This document shows, one piece after another, positions 28,463 to 37,493 of a stretch of 64,000 nt of DNA (positions are counted from its first letter, which is position 1; every line of letters begins with the position of its first letter). Location: assembly GCA_963819655.1 (NCBI GenBank), contig CAWFXA010000003.1:979163-1043162 (forward strand), written 5' to 3'. Both the position numbers and the translations under genes were made by a program. This DNA comes from an uncultured Chloroflexia bacterium. Lineage in GTDB: Bacteria > Chloroflexota > Limnocylindria > Limnocylindrales > CSP1-4. The notes beneath the pieces were generated by a model. That model had not been told where the DNA came from and did no database searches. It saw nothing but the letters and a program-made list of their open reading frames with translations.

Positions 28463-29674
28463 TCACGGCGCCATGCGCTGCCATGACTGCCCGCCGTCGG
28501 CCAACCAGGATGGCTGGCCCTGGGTCCCACCATTCGAGTCGAACAGAAGCACACTGCCGTCCGATCGAGTGGTCAGGATCCATCGGTCGTCGGGCGACCA
28601 GCCGAACCAGGTCCCCCACGCATCGATATACGCGTCGGTGACCTGCGTGCACGGCCCACCGTCGATGCGGGCCACGCACAGCCAGGTGTCCTCCGCGTCG
28701 TTGGCAGCCATACCGACGATCCTGGTGCCGTCGTTGGACAGGCGGCCAAAGCCAGGGCCGACAGCGATCTCGGTTCGTGTCGCGAGATCGATGACATGCG
28801 TGCCATCCACCCCGTTGATCGAACCGAAGAACGCGAACCGCCGGCCATCCGGCGTCCAGCCAGAGGCGCGCGAGACAACCACGTCGCCCTCGGGCATGGG
28901 TAGCGGTTCGACAGAGCCGTCTTCCGCGGAAACGAGAGACAGGATCGGAGCCGAATCGGTGCCGCCCAGGAACATCAACTGGCGCCCGTCGGGGGGTCGC
29001 CAGTAGATATCACCGTCCGCGTTGGATACACCGAGGCTCCGGACCGTGCCATCCGCCGCATCGATGAGAAAGACGGGGCCATTCGATTGGACCGCGATCG
29101 ATCGGCCGTCCGGGGACCAGAGGATGTTCTCAGGGTCGAGCCCGACGATCGGGTCGGTCTTTGCGATCACCGGATCGCTGCCGTCGGCGTTGGTTATGAC
29201 GGGCACATCTCCGGGACCAGTCGTTCGCATGAATACGAGTCGCGTGCCGTCGAGCGAGAAACGCGGATCGTGATCGGTCTCCGGCCCCGCGACGATCGGC
29301 TGCCGCGTGCCCGTGACGGGATCGACGGTGTAGATGTCGCCACCGCTCGCGTAGGCGACCACGCCATTGGCGGCGAGGCCGAACGGCGCCGGCAGTTGGC
29401 GCGGGCTGCCGATGTAGAACGCGACGGAGGCCGCGATCAAGATCGCGAGGACGGCCAGCACGCCGATCGTCCGCCACGGGAGCGGCTTGAGGGTCTGTCG
29501 GCCGAGCGTGATGACGCTCATGGGAAGCCACCTTTCGGGGAAGCTCCAGCGCGGCCGCTGGCGCGTGCCCGCGGTCAGCCGGAGGATGTCGTCGGTGAAG
29601 TCGGGCACGCGCGGCGCCGCAGTGTCGGCGAACCAGGCCGTCAGCTCGCGTTCGAGGTTTTCGGTGCGGTTCAT
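28463..29674 (-). CDS. Membrane-anchored TolB/PD40 beta-propeller protein, putative anti-sigma factor
   Basis: LERELTAW...TRQRPRW N-terminus, one TM helix, WSPDG/WTPDG repeats; coupled to ECF sigma. Confidence 0.8.
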   Translation of the reverse strand: MNRTENLERELTAWFADTAAPRVPDFTDDILRLTAGTRQRPRWSFPERWLPMSVITLGRQTLKPLPWRTIGVLAVLAILIAASVAFYIGSPRQLPAPFGLAANGVVAYASGGDIYTVDPVTGTRQPIVAGPETDHDPRFSLDGTRLVFMRTTGPGDVPVITNADGSDPVIAKTDPIVGLDPENILWSPDGRSIAVQSNGPVFLIDAADGTVRSLGVSNADGDIYWRPPDGRQLMFLGGTDSAPILSLVSAEDGSVEPLPMPEGDVVVSRASGWTPDGRRFAFFGSINGVDGTHVIDLATRTEIAVGPGFGRLSNDGTRIVGMAANDAEDTWLCVARIDGGPCTQVTDAYIDAWGTWFGWSPDDRWILTTRSDGSVLLFDSNGGTQGQPSWLADGGQSWQRMAP

Positions 29675-30228
29675 GCGATCACCGTCCGGGATTCCGCTGG
29701 CGCTCGCTCGTCGGCCGCGATCGCGGCGCGGAGCTCGGCCAGGGCTCGGTGCAGGCGCGATTGCGCGGTGCCCTGTGGGATGTCGAGTGTCTCGGCGACC
29801 GCCGAGGCGGTCAGGCCGACGTAGTAGTGCAGGACGAGGACCGCCCGCAGATCCGGACCGAGCCGCCGGAAGGCGCGCTCGAGCTGATCGCGGTCGGCGA
29901 TGTCCCTCGTCTCGTCGCCGACGCTCGGCGACATGATGGGCGAGAGCTCGACCTCGATCGCCCGGCGCTTTCGACGGCGCACGGCATCGAGGCACGAGTT
30001 GACGGTCAGTCGGTGGAGCCAGGCGTCGAACTTGTCGGGCTCACGCAATCCCGGCAGGTCGCGCCACGCTCGGATGTAGGCGTCCTGGACCGCGTCTCGC
30101 GCGAGCTCCTGGTCCCGGACGATGAGGCGGGCGACGGCTTCCAGCCGCGCGATGGACGCGCCGACGAGCGCCGCGAAGGCGTCATGATCGCCTCGGCCCG
30201 CTCGTTCGACGAGTTCCCGCTGGTCCAC
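29671..30228 (-). CDS. ECF RNA polymerase sigma factor
   Basis: DAVQDAYIRAW, AWLHRLTVN, VAETLDIPQGTAQSRLHRA. Confidence 0.93.
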   Translation of the reverse strand: MDQRELVERAGRGDHDAFAALVGASIARLEAVARLIVRDQELARDAVQDAYIRAWRDLPGLREPDKFDAWLHRLTVNSCLDAVRRRKRRAIEVELSPIMSPSVGDETRDIADRDQLERAFRRLGPDLRAVLVLHYYVGLTASAVAETLDIPQGTAQSRLHRALAELRAAIAADERAPAESRTVIA

Positions 30229-30240
30229 AGCCACCCCTCG

Positions 30241-30268
30241 GTGACGCGACACGTTCGGCCGCGTTCAA
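30241..30268 (-). promoter_or_regulatory. Putative autoregulatory ECF promoter TTGAAC-N16-CGTCAC
   Basis: AAC/CGT motif pair with 16-nt spacer directly upstream of the sigma gene. Confidence 0.55.
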
Positions 30269-30337
30269 GGGTAATGGCGTCAGTTGCCGGTGAACTTGTC
30301 CCGCAACGCCACGCCGGGCTGGTCACGTCAAAAGAAC

Positions 30338-30390
30338 TTGACATCATGTCAGCCACGGTTTACATTCGACGATGTCAATGATGCTTTACA
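30338..30390 (+). promoter_or_regulatory. Sigma70 promoter with two TGTCA-N8-TTACA operator repeats
   Basis: TTGACA-17nt-TACATT; tgtcagccacggtttaca and tgtcaatgatgctttaca. Confidence 0.7.
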
Positions 30391-30402
30391 TGGGAGCCTG
30401 AG

Positions 30403-30831
30403 ATGTCCTTCGACGAGAAGAGCGCGTGGATCGGTGTCGCACTCGCGTTCGTCGTGCCTGGGGTCTACCTCGCGATCATCTTCGGTCAACTCCAGACCAC
30501 GGCAGTCGGCGAGATCGCCTATCAGGGGCCGATGCTCGCGACGATCGGACTCGGCATCGCCTTCGGGATCATCGCGCACATCGCGGTCGCGATCGGCGCG
30601 CCAAAGGACGCCGACAAGCGCGACGAACGCGACTCCAGCATCAACCGATATGGCGAGTACATCGGAAGCATCGTGCTCTACGGCGGCATGCTGGTGACGC
30701 TCGCCCTGGCTCTCGCGTCGTTCGAGTACTTCTGGATCGCCAACGCGATCTACGCGACGTTCCTCGTGGCGGCACTCATTTCATCGGCCGCGAAGATCGT
30801 CGCCTACCGTCGCGGTTTCCAGCCATGGTGA
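30403..30831 (+). CDS. Four-TM membrane protein (DERD motif) paired with an XRE regulator
   Basis: MSFDEKSAW, DERDSSI, FWIANAIY, KIVAYRRG. Confidence 0.8.
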   Translation: MSFDEKSAWIGVALAFVVPGVYLAIIFGQLQTTAVGEIAYQGPMLATIGLGIAFGIIAHIAVAIGAPKDADKRDERDSSINRYGEYIGSIVLYGGMLVTLALALASFEYFWIANAIYATFLVAALISSAAKIVAYRRGFQPW

Positions 30832-31049
30832 AGCCGACCAGGGTCACGAACGACATCCGACGGCTCAGGTTCGCGCACGGCGAGATGACGCAAGCCGAGC
30901 TCGCCGATCGGATCGGCGTCACCCGCCAGACGATCATCGCCATCGAGCAGGGCCGCTACTCCCCTTCCCTCGAGATGGCATTCCAGGTCGCTCGAGTCTT
31001 CAACGTGCCGCTCGACGACGTCTTCCAATACCCGGAGATCAAGACATGA
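30825..31049 (+). CDS. Small XRE-family HTH regulator
   Basis: MTQAELADRIGVTRQTIIAIEQGRYSPSLEMAF. Confidence 0.93.
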   Translation: MVKPTRVTNDIRRLRFAHGEMTQAELADRIGVTRQTIIAIEQGRYSPSLEMAFQVARVFNVPLDDVFQYPEIKT

Positions 31050-32284
31050 CCACGATGAAAGCGATCGTCTACGACGAGTACGGCTCGGCTGACGTCCTCG
31101 AACTCAGGCACATCGACCGCCCCGTGCCCAAGGACGATGAGGTCCTCGTGCGGATCCGGGCAGCCGCCGCCAACCCGGCCGACTGGCGCATGATGCGCGC
31201 CGATCCACAGCTCGTTCGCTTGTCACGGGGCCTGCGTCGGCCACGACGGAACAGCGTTCTGGGCAGCGACATGGCCGGTGAGGTCGAAGCCGTCGGCAAG
31301 GACGTGACGCGATTCCGTCCAGGCGATGAGGTCTATGCCGAAGTCGACGCTGGTGGTTTCGCCGAGTACGTCAGCGTTCCGGAGAAGCTGCTCGGTCTGA
31401 AGCCGGCGAACCTGACGTTCGAGCAGGCAGCAGCCGTGCCGATGACCGCGCTGACGGCCCTGCAGGCCCTGCGCGATCGAGGCCGAATCGAGGCAGGGCA
31501 GCGCGTGCTGATCAACGGTGCGTCCGGAGGCATCGGGACGTTCGCCGTGCAGATCGCAAAGTCGTATGGCGCGTATGTGACCGGCGTGTGCAGCACGAGG
31601 AACGTCGACATGGTCCGGTCGATCGGCGCCGACGATGTCGTCGATTACACGCGCGAGGACTTCGCGGACGGCACGCGGCGCTATGACCTGATCCTCGACA
31701 CGGTGGGCAATCGCTCGCTGTCCGAGTACAGGCGTGCGCTGACGCCCAAGGGAACGCTGGTCATGATCGGGGGTCGCGGAAGTCGATTGCTCGGCCCGGC
31801 GGGCCAGCTGTTCAGGGCGATGGCGTTGTCCCCGTTCGTCAGCCACAGACTGCTCGCGATCCTGGCGAGACCCAACCGCGAGGACCTGGACGTCCTGAAA
31901 GGACTCATCGAAGCGGGCCACGTCACGCCGGTCATCGACAGGACGTACCCGCTGAGCGAGGCCCCCGACGCGATCCGGTACCTGGAAGGGCGACACGCCC
32001 GCGGTAAGGTCGTCGTGACCGTCGCTTTGTCGCAGCGGACACAATCTGGTGACGCCCGTCACCTACACTCCTCGGCGACCCCCGGAGACTCTGGAGAATT
32101 TGGTGCTAGTCGGTCGAGCGCGCGCGACCCGCTGGTTGGTCGCCCTGTCCGGCACGTCCCTTCTGGCGGGATCGTTCGTCGCGATCGCTCCAGCACCGGT
32201 CGCCCAGGCGGCAGTCCCGCCCGTCTATCACGCGGTAGCAGTCGGGATGGTCTTCGGGATCACGGGCGCCACCGCGATAAATGA
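31046..32284 (+). CDS. NAD(P)-dependent alcohol dehydrogenase / quinone oxidoreductase; homology ends about 32023, then reads through
   Basis: VLINGASGGIG, PVIDRTYPL, HARGKVVVTV. Confidence 0.9.
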   Translation: MTTMKAIVYDEYGSADVLELRHIDRPVPKDDEVLVRIRAAAANPADWRMMRADPQLVRLSRGLRRPRRNSVLGSDMAGEVEAVGKDVTRFRPGDEVYAEVDAGGFAEYVSVPEKLLGLKPANLTFEQAAAVPMTALTALQALRDRGRIEAGQRVLINGASGGIGTFAVQIAKSYGAYVTGVCSTRNVDMVRSIGADDVVDYTREDFADGTRRYDLILDTVGNRSLSEYRRALTPKGTLVMIGGRGSRLLGPAGQLFRAMALSPFVSHRLLAILARPNREDLDVLKGLIEAGHVTPVIDRTYPLSEAPDAIRYLEGRHARGKVVVTVALSQRTQSGDARHLHSSATPGDSGEFGASRSSARDPLVGRPVRHVPSGGIVRRDRSSTGRPGGSPARLSRGSSRDGLRDHGRHRDK

Positions 32285-35200
32285 CACGGGGGTCGTGGCA
32301 GGCCAGTACGGCGTCCCGAATCAGTCATCGAACGGTGTCGCTCGCGTCACGGGAGCGGCGATCGAACGGATCGATGTCGCCGGCGGATCTCCGTTCGCCA
32401 TCAACTCGAGCGGGTCCATGGTCGGGACGTCCGGGAGCGCCACGCTGCAGGCCATCCGGGTCGACGGCACGACGGTCACCACCATCCCGGGCCTCGAGGG
32501 AACCGCTGCCGACGTCGCCTACGACATCGATGACGCCGGCACGACCGTCGTCGGCGCCTCCTTTCTCAGTAACGGCGAGAGCCGCGCTTGGACGAACGAC
32601 GGATCCGAAACCACGCAACTTGCGACTTTCGGCGGCACGTACGAGATCGCCAGCAGGATCAATGAAGCCGGGCTGATCGCAGGAAGTGCACGAGACGCCG
32701 CTGGCGACATGCATCTCGTCACCTGGCAGGGCGGCCTGATCGCGGACATCGGTGGAGGCGCCTACTCCTCGGCGAGCGTCGCCGATATGAACGAGGCGGG
32801 ACAGGTCATCGGTTCTGTCACGGCGCCGCCCAACGACAATCGCGCGATCCTCTGGGACGGCAGCGCGGCGATCGACCTCGGCGTGCTGCCTGGCGGCAAT
32901 TGGACGAGTGCCGGCGCCCTGAACGAGTCGGGCGGAGTGGTCGTATCGGCAAGGAACTCGTCTGGGAAGTTCCGAGCGGCCCGCTGGGATGGCACCGGCC
33001 TGGTTGATCTGGGTGTGCTTCCGGGAGGCGACGAGTCCTTCGCGACCGGGATCAACGAACAGGGGCAGATCACTGGCGTCTCGTTCGTCGCGCCAGGCCA
33101 GACGCATGGATTCCTGATCGACGCCGGGGTGATGTACGACGTCAACGACTTGCTCCCGGCACATTCCGTCGAAGTCATGAACGCCCAGGCGATCTCTGAC
33201 TCCGGGCACATCCTTGCCTATGGCCTGAACGGCCAGCCGATCCTCCTTGTCCCGGGCACGCGACCAGCAGCGGCCTACGATGTCGTCGACCTTGGCGCCG
33301 GACTCGCGGGTCAGACATTCGACGCGTTCGCCACTGACATGAACGCCGCGCACCAGGCGACCGGGAGCATCAACAACCGAGCGTTCCGCTTCGACGGCAC
33401 GTCCTCGTCGTACGTCTTCTCGACGTTCGTCGAGTCCAACGGCGCGGCCCTCAACGCCGACGGGGTGGTGGCGGGCTATGCCGACAACGGCGGCGACCTC
33501 GAGGCCTACCGCTACGACGGGGCGGTCCAGTTCCTCGGGACGCTGGGGGGCGCCAGCAGCAATGCCCGCGACATCAATGACGCCGGCGACATCGTCGGCA
33601 GCGCCGACACGGCCGGCGGTCAACGCCACGCATTCCTGTATCGCGACGGGGCGATGACCGACCTGCACACACTCGCCGGCGCGACGTCCGACGCCAGCAA
33701 GATCAACGAGGCGGGCACGGTCATCGGCAACTATTCGCCGAGCCCAGGGACGTTCCGAGGCTTCGTGTCCGACGGGACGACGACAACCGACCTCGGGTCG
33801 CTCGGTGGCGGGACCACCGCACCATGGGGGCTGAACGAATCCGGCGTCATCGTCGGGACGTCCGGCGGCCAAGCCTTCCGGTACGTCAACGGGACGATGA
33901 CGAGCGTCGCCCCTCCCGGCTCGAGCTCGAGCGATGCCATCGCCATCAACGAAAGCGGCAGCATCGCCGGCTCGTATCTGGATGGGTCGGGTAGCCGCCG
34001 CGGCTTCCTCCTCGACGACGGCACCTACGCGCTGATCCCTGGCATGGGCGGCACGTTCGCGACCGTCACCGACATCAATGAATCCCGGCAGGTCATCGGC
34101 TACGCGTCGACCGAGAGCTCGACCCGCGGCTACCTCTTCGACGACGGTGAGCTCATCGATCTGAGCGCACATCTGCCGCTCGGTTATGAGGCGCTGATCG
34201 TGTCCGCGTGGGAGATCGACGACGGCGGCACGATCCTCGCGCGCGGGCAGACCTCGGACTTCCGGGAGCGCGCCTTGCTGCTCGTCCCGACCGAACCACC
34301 GGCCACGACGCCGCTCACGATCGACGCGAGCAGGCCCGCGCCATCGAGCGTCGCCCGCTACGACCGCTTCGAGAAGCAGTTCACGCTCAGCCGCACGTAC
34401 GGCGTCGACGTCCACGACCCGGCGACGATCGACGTCACGGCGACGTTCACCGCTCCGAGTGGCGCGAGCTACACGGTTCCCGCATTCTTCGGGACTGACT
34501 ACACGCTTCGTCCTAACACGGGTGTGGGCGATTCGGAGCTCTACGACCCTGTGCCCGGGACGGAATCTGGGGTCTGGCACGCGCGGTTCTCTCCGGACGA
34601 GACCGGCACGTGGCGATACACGCTCCGTGCCCAGGACAAGGTCGCCGGACAGCAGGCGACTGCCGTCACCTCGCCCAGGACCTTCGCGGTCACCGCGTCG
34701 AGCGCCAAGGGCCAGATCGAACGCGACCCACGCGACGATCGATTCCTGCGCTACACCGATGGAACGCCTTTCTTGCCGATGGGCCACAACGTCGCGTTCG
34801 GCGACGGCAACCCGTTCAACGACGGCAGCCATTTCTACGAGCCTCATTTCCAGTCGATGCAGGCCGCCGGCCAGAACTGGACCCGTGTGTGGATGACCGA
34901 CTTCTACATCACGGCGATCGAGTGGAACGCCACGCATTTCTCCGGGCAGTACGACGGCGTAGGTCAGTACGGAGACGTTCCCGCCTTCCGCGTCGAACAG
35001 ATCCTCGACCTCGCCGAGCAGTACGGCCTCGAGGTCCAACTGGTGCTCAACGACCACGGCCAGTTCAGTAGTCACGTCAACGCGCGGTGGGACGACAACC
35101 CCTACAACACAGACAACGGCGGTCCCGTGCCGGCAGCTGACCCGGCCGCGTTCTTCAGCGATCCGACCGCCAAGCAGCTGTTCAAGCAGCGGCTGCGCTA

Positions 35201-37454
35201 CCTCGTCGCCCGCTATGGCGCCTACCGCGACATCCTTGCCTGGGAGCTTTTCAACGAGACCCAGTTCATCGGCTCCGCGAGTCGGAACCCGTTCACGAGC
35301 CAGGAAGTCCGCGACGATCTCGTCGCGTGGCACGCCGAGATGGCGGCATATCTCCGCTCGCTCGACCCGTACGACCACCTGATCACAACCAGCTCGGACA
35401 TCGACACGAGCGCGGCCACGATCTGGAACGACCCCAACATCGATCTTGTGCAGGTCCACGATTACGGCTCGGTCAGCGGCCGTGACCAGCGCTTCCGCGG
35501 CTACGCGGAGGATCTCAACGCCACCTACGGCAAACCGGTCATCGTCGGCGAGTTCGGGTTGCCGAGCGAACCGGTCCTAGATAACGTCTCGCCGGAACCC
35601 GGCTTCGACCCGACGACCTCGCCACTGTCGCCCGACAAAGTCGCCCACCTCGTGCAGGCGACGCACCTCCACAACTCGATGTGGGCGACGGCGATGTCGG
35701 CGTCCGGTGCGATGTCGTGGTGGTGGGGCGGCTACATCCTGGACAACGCCGCCCAACATCGGACGCCGCCCGACTTCCCCGCCAACGAGCGCCACAACCC
35801 GCCGTTGCGTGACTTCTTCGCCGGTGAGGACCTCGCGGGCATGAGCCTCGAGCCCTCGAGCATCACGGCGCCGGCGACCGTCGTCGCGCTGGGCCAGGAC
35901 AACGGAGCTGAGGGCTTCGCCTGGATCCGCGATGCCGAGAACGAATACGGCAGCGGCGTCGGACCGGGCGACGTCGCCGGACGGACGATGAGCGGCGTGT
36001 CGGTCACCTTCGCCGGATTCGCCGACGGGGCGTATGGCATCGAGGTGCACGACCCGTGGGGCGTCGCCCCGGTCGACGATTCGGTCGTGGCCGTCGCGAC
36101 GGGCGGCACGCTCACGGTGCCGCTCCCGGACTTCACCCGGGACCTCGCGATCAAGATCGGACCCGCGCCGGCGACCGCCCCGGGTGCCCCAAGTGGGGTC
36201 ACCGCCGCGAAGGGCAACGCCCAGGCGACCGTGTCCTGGACGCCGCCGGTCGACGACGGCGGGAGCCTGATCACCGCGTACACGGTCACCTCGAGCCCAG
36301 GCGGCGTCACCGCCTCGGTCGACGGCTCGACCACCAGCGCAGTCGTCACCGGATTGACGAACGGGACCAGCTACACGTTCACGGTCACCGCGACCAACGT
36401 GGTCGGCACGGGTCCGGCCTCGGCCGCCTCGAACGCCGTGACGCCTGCCGCGCCCGTTCCCCAGTCGATCACCTTTACGAAGCCGCCGAACTCGAACATG
36501 CTCCAATCCCCGGTGGTCGTCAGCCCGACGGCCAGTTCCGGGCTGACCGTCGCATTGACCTCGAACACGCCGGCGGTCTGTTCCGTCGATGGCTTCAACA
36601 TCAACCTGTTGTCCGCTGGCACGTGCACGATCACGGCGACCCAGCCCGGGAACTCCGACTTCCTCCCGGCAAACCCGGTTCCCCGTTCGTTCACGGTCGC
36701 CCAGGTTGCACAGTCGATCACGTTCGCCCGACCAGCGAACGCGAACCTGCTCCAGTCGCCGCTGACCGTCAGCCCGACGGCCAGCTCCGGCCTGCCGGTC
36801 ACTCTCACCTCGACGACCCAGCCCGTGTGCACGGTCAGTGGCTTTGAGATCACCCTGCTCACCGCCGGCACCTGCACGATCACCGCGACCCAGCCCGGCA
36901 ACAACGTCTACCGGGCAGCCAATCCGATCCCCCGCTCGTTCACGGTGTCGAAGGTCGCGCAATCCATCACCTTCCCCAAGCCGCCGAACGCGACCTTGGT
37001 CCAATCGCCGGTCGCGGTGACCGCCACGGCGAGCTCCGGCCTGCAGGTGACGCTGACGTCGACGACGCCGTCGGTCTGCTCGGTGAGCGGGGCCTCCGTG
37101 ACGCTGCTCATCGCCGGCACGTGCTCGATCCAGGCGACCCAGCCCGGCGACAACATCTACCTGGCGGCGCCCGTGCTGACCCGCTCATTCAATGTGACGA
37201 AAGCCACGCAGACGATCACGCTCCCGAACCCGGGCACGCAATCGATGCAGAGCCCGACCGTCGTGCTGAACCCGTCGGCCTCATCGGGGTTGCCGGTCAC
37301 GCTCACATCGCAGACCACCGCGGTCTGCACCGTGAGCGGCAACACGGTGACCCTCCTGAGGACCGGCACGTGCCGGGTCCGGGGTACCCAACCCGGGAAC
37401 GCCACCTATGCGGCCGCGCCGGCCGTCACGATCTCGTTCACCGTGGCGCCGTAG
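32049..37454 (+). CDS. Large secreted protein: two HAF-repeat propellers, DUF5060-like, GH5-like glycoside hydrolase, FN3, four Ig-like repeats
   Basis: Signal peptide; DLG.LGG..S.A..INE.G repeats; WHARFSPDETGTW; WELFNE and VGEFG catalytic Glu motifs; FN3 WTPP.DDGGS..YTV. Confidence 0.85.
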   Translation: MTPVTYTPRRPPETLENLVLVGRARATRWLVALSGTSLLAGSFVAIAPAPVAQAAVPPVYHAVAVGMVFGITGATAINDTGVVAGQYGVPNQSSNGVARVTGAAIERIDVAGGSPFAINSSGSMVGTSGSATLQAIRVDGTTVTTIPGLEGTAADVAYDIDDAGTTVVGASFLSNGESRAWTNDGSETTQLATFGGTYEIASRINEAGLIAGSARDAAGDMHLVTWQGGLIADIGGGAYSSASVADMNEAGQVIGSVTAPPNDNRAILWDGSAAIDLGVLPGGNWTSAGALNESGGVVVSARNSSGKFRAARWDGTGLVDLGVLPGGDESFATGINEQGQITGVSFVAPGQTHGFLIDAGVMYDVNDLLPAHSVEVMNAQAISDSGHILAYGLNGQPILLVPGTRPAAAYDVVDLGAGLAGQTFDAFATDMNAAHQATGSINNRAFRFDGTSSSYVFSTFVESNGAALNADGVVAGYADNGGDLEAYRYDGAVQFLGTLGGASSNARDINDAGDIVGSADTAGGQRHAFLYRDGAMTDLHTLAGATSDASKINEAGTVIGNYSPSPGTFRGFVSDGTTTTDLGSLGGGTTAPWGLNESGVIVGTSGGQAFRYVNGTMTSVAPPGSSSSDAIAINESGSIAGSYLDGSGSRRGFLLDDGTYALIPGMGGTFATVTDINESRQVIGYASTESSTRGYLFDDGELIDLSAHLPLGYEALIVSAWEIDDGGTILARGQTSDFRERALLLVPTEPPATTPLTIDASRPAPSSVARYDRFEKQFTLSRTYGVDVHDPATIDVTATFTAPSGASYTVPAFFGTDYTLRPNTGVGDSELYDPVPGTESGVWHARFSPDETGTWRYTLRAQDKVAGQQATAVTSPRTFAVTASSAKGQIERDPRDDRFLRYTDGTPFLPMGHNVAFGDGNPFNDGSHFYEPHFQSMQAAGQNWTRVWMTDFYITAIEWNATHFSGQYDGVGQYGDVPAFRVEQILDLAEQYGLEVQLVLNDHGQFSSHVNARWDDNPYNTDNGGPVPAADPAAFFSDPTAKQLFKQRLRYLVARYGAYRDILAWELFNETQFIGSASRNPFTSQEVRDDLVAWHAEMAAYLRSLDPYDHLITTSSDIDTSAATIWNDPNIDLVQVHDYGSVSGRDQRFRGYAEDLNATYGKPVIVGEFGLPSEPVLDNVSPEPGFDPTTSPLSPDKVAHLVQATHLHNSMWATAMSASGAMSWWWGGYILDNAAQHRTPPDFPANERHNPPLRDFFAGEDLAGMSLEPSSITAPATVVALGQDNGAEGFAWIRDAENEYGSGVGPGDVAGRTMSGVSVTFAGFADGAYGIEVHDPWGVAPVDDSVVAVATGGTLTVPLPDFTRDLAIKIGPAPATAPGAPSGVTAAKGNAQATVSWTPPVDDGGSLITAYTVTSSPGGVTASVDGSTTSAVVTGLTNGTSYTFTVTATNVVGTGPASAASNAVTPAAPVPQSITFTKPPNSNMLQSPVVVSPTASSGLTVALTSNTPAVCSVDGFNINLLSAGTCTITATQPGNSDFLPANPVPRSFTVAQVAQSITFARPANANLLQSPLTVSPTASSGLPVTLTSTTQPVCTVSGFEITLLTAGTCTITATQPGNNVYRAANPIPRSFTVSKVAQSITFPKPPNATLVQSPVAVTATASSGLQVTLTSTTPSVCSVSGASVTLLIAGTCSIQATQPGDNIYLAAPVLTRSFNVTKATQTITLPNPGTQSMQSPTVVLNPSASSGLPVTLTSQTTAVCTVSGNTVTLLRTGTCRVRGTQPGNATYAAAPAVTISFTVAP
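36462..37450 (+). repeat. Four intragenic 249-bp (83-aa) Ig-like repeats
   Basis: Q(S/T)IT starts at 36462, 36711, 36960, about 37209; ASSGL.V.LTS.T..VC.V...GTC....TQPG. Confidence 0.85.
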
Positions 37455-37493
37455 CGGCATTCCTGGGCACCCCTCCGGCTCAGGCGGGGCTGC

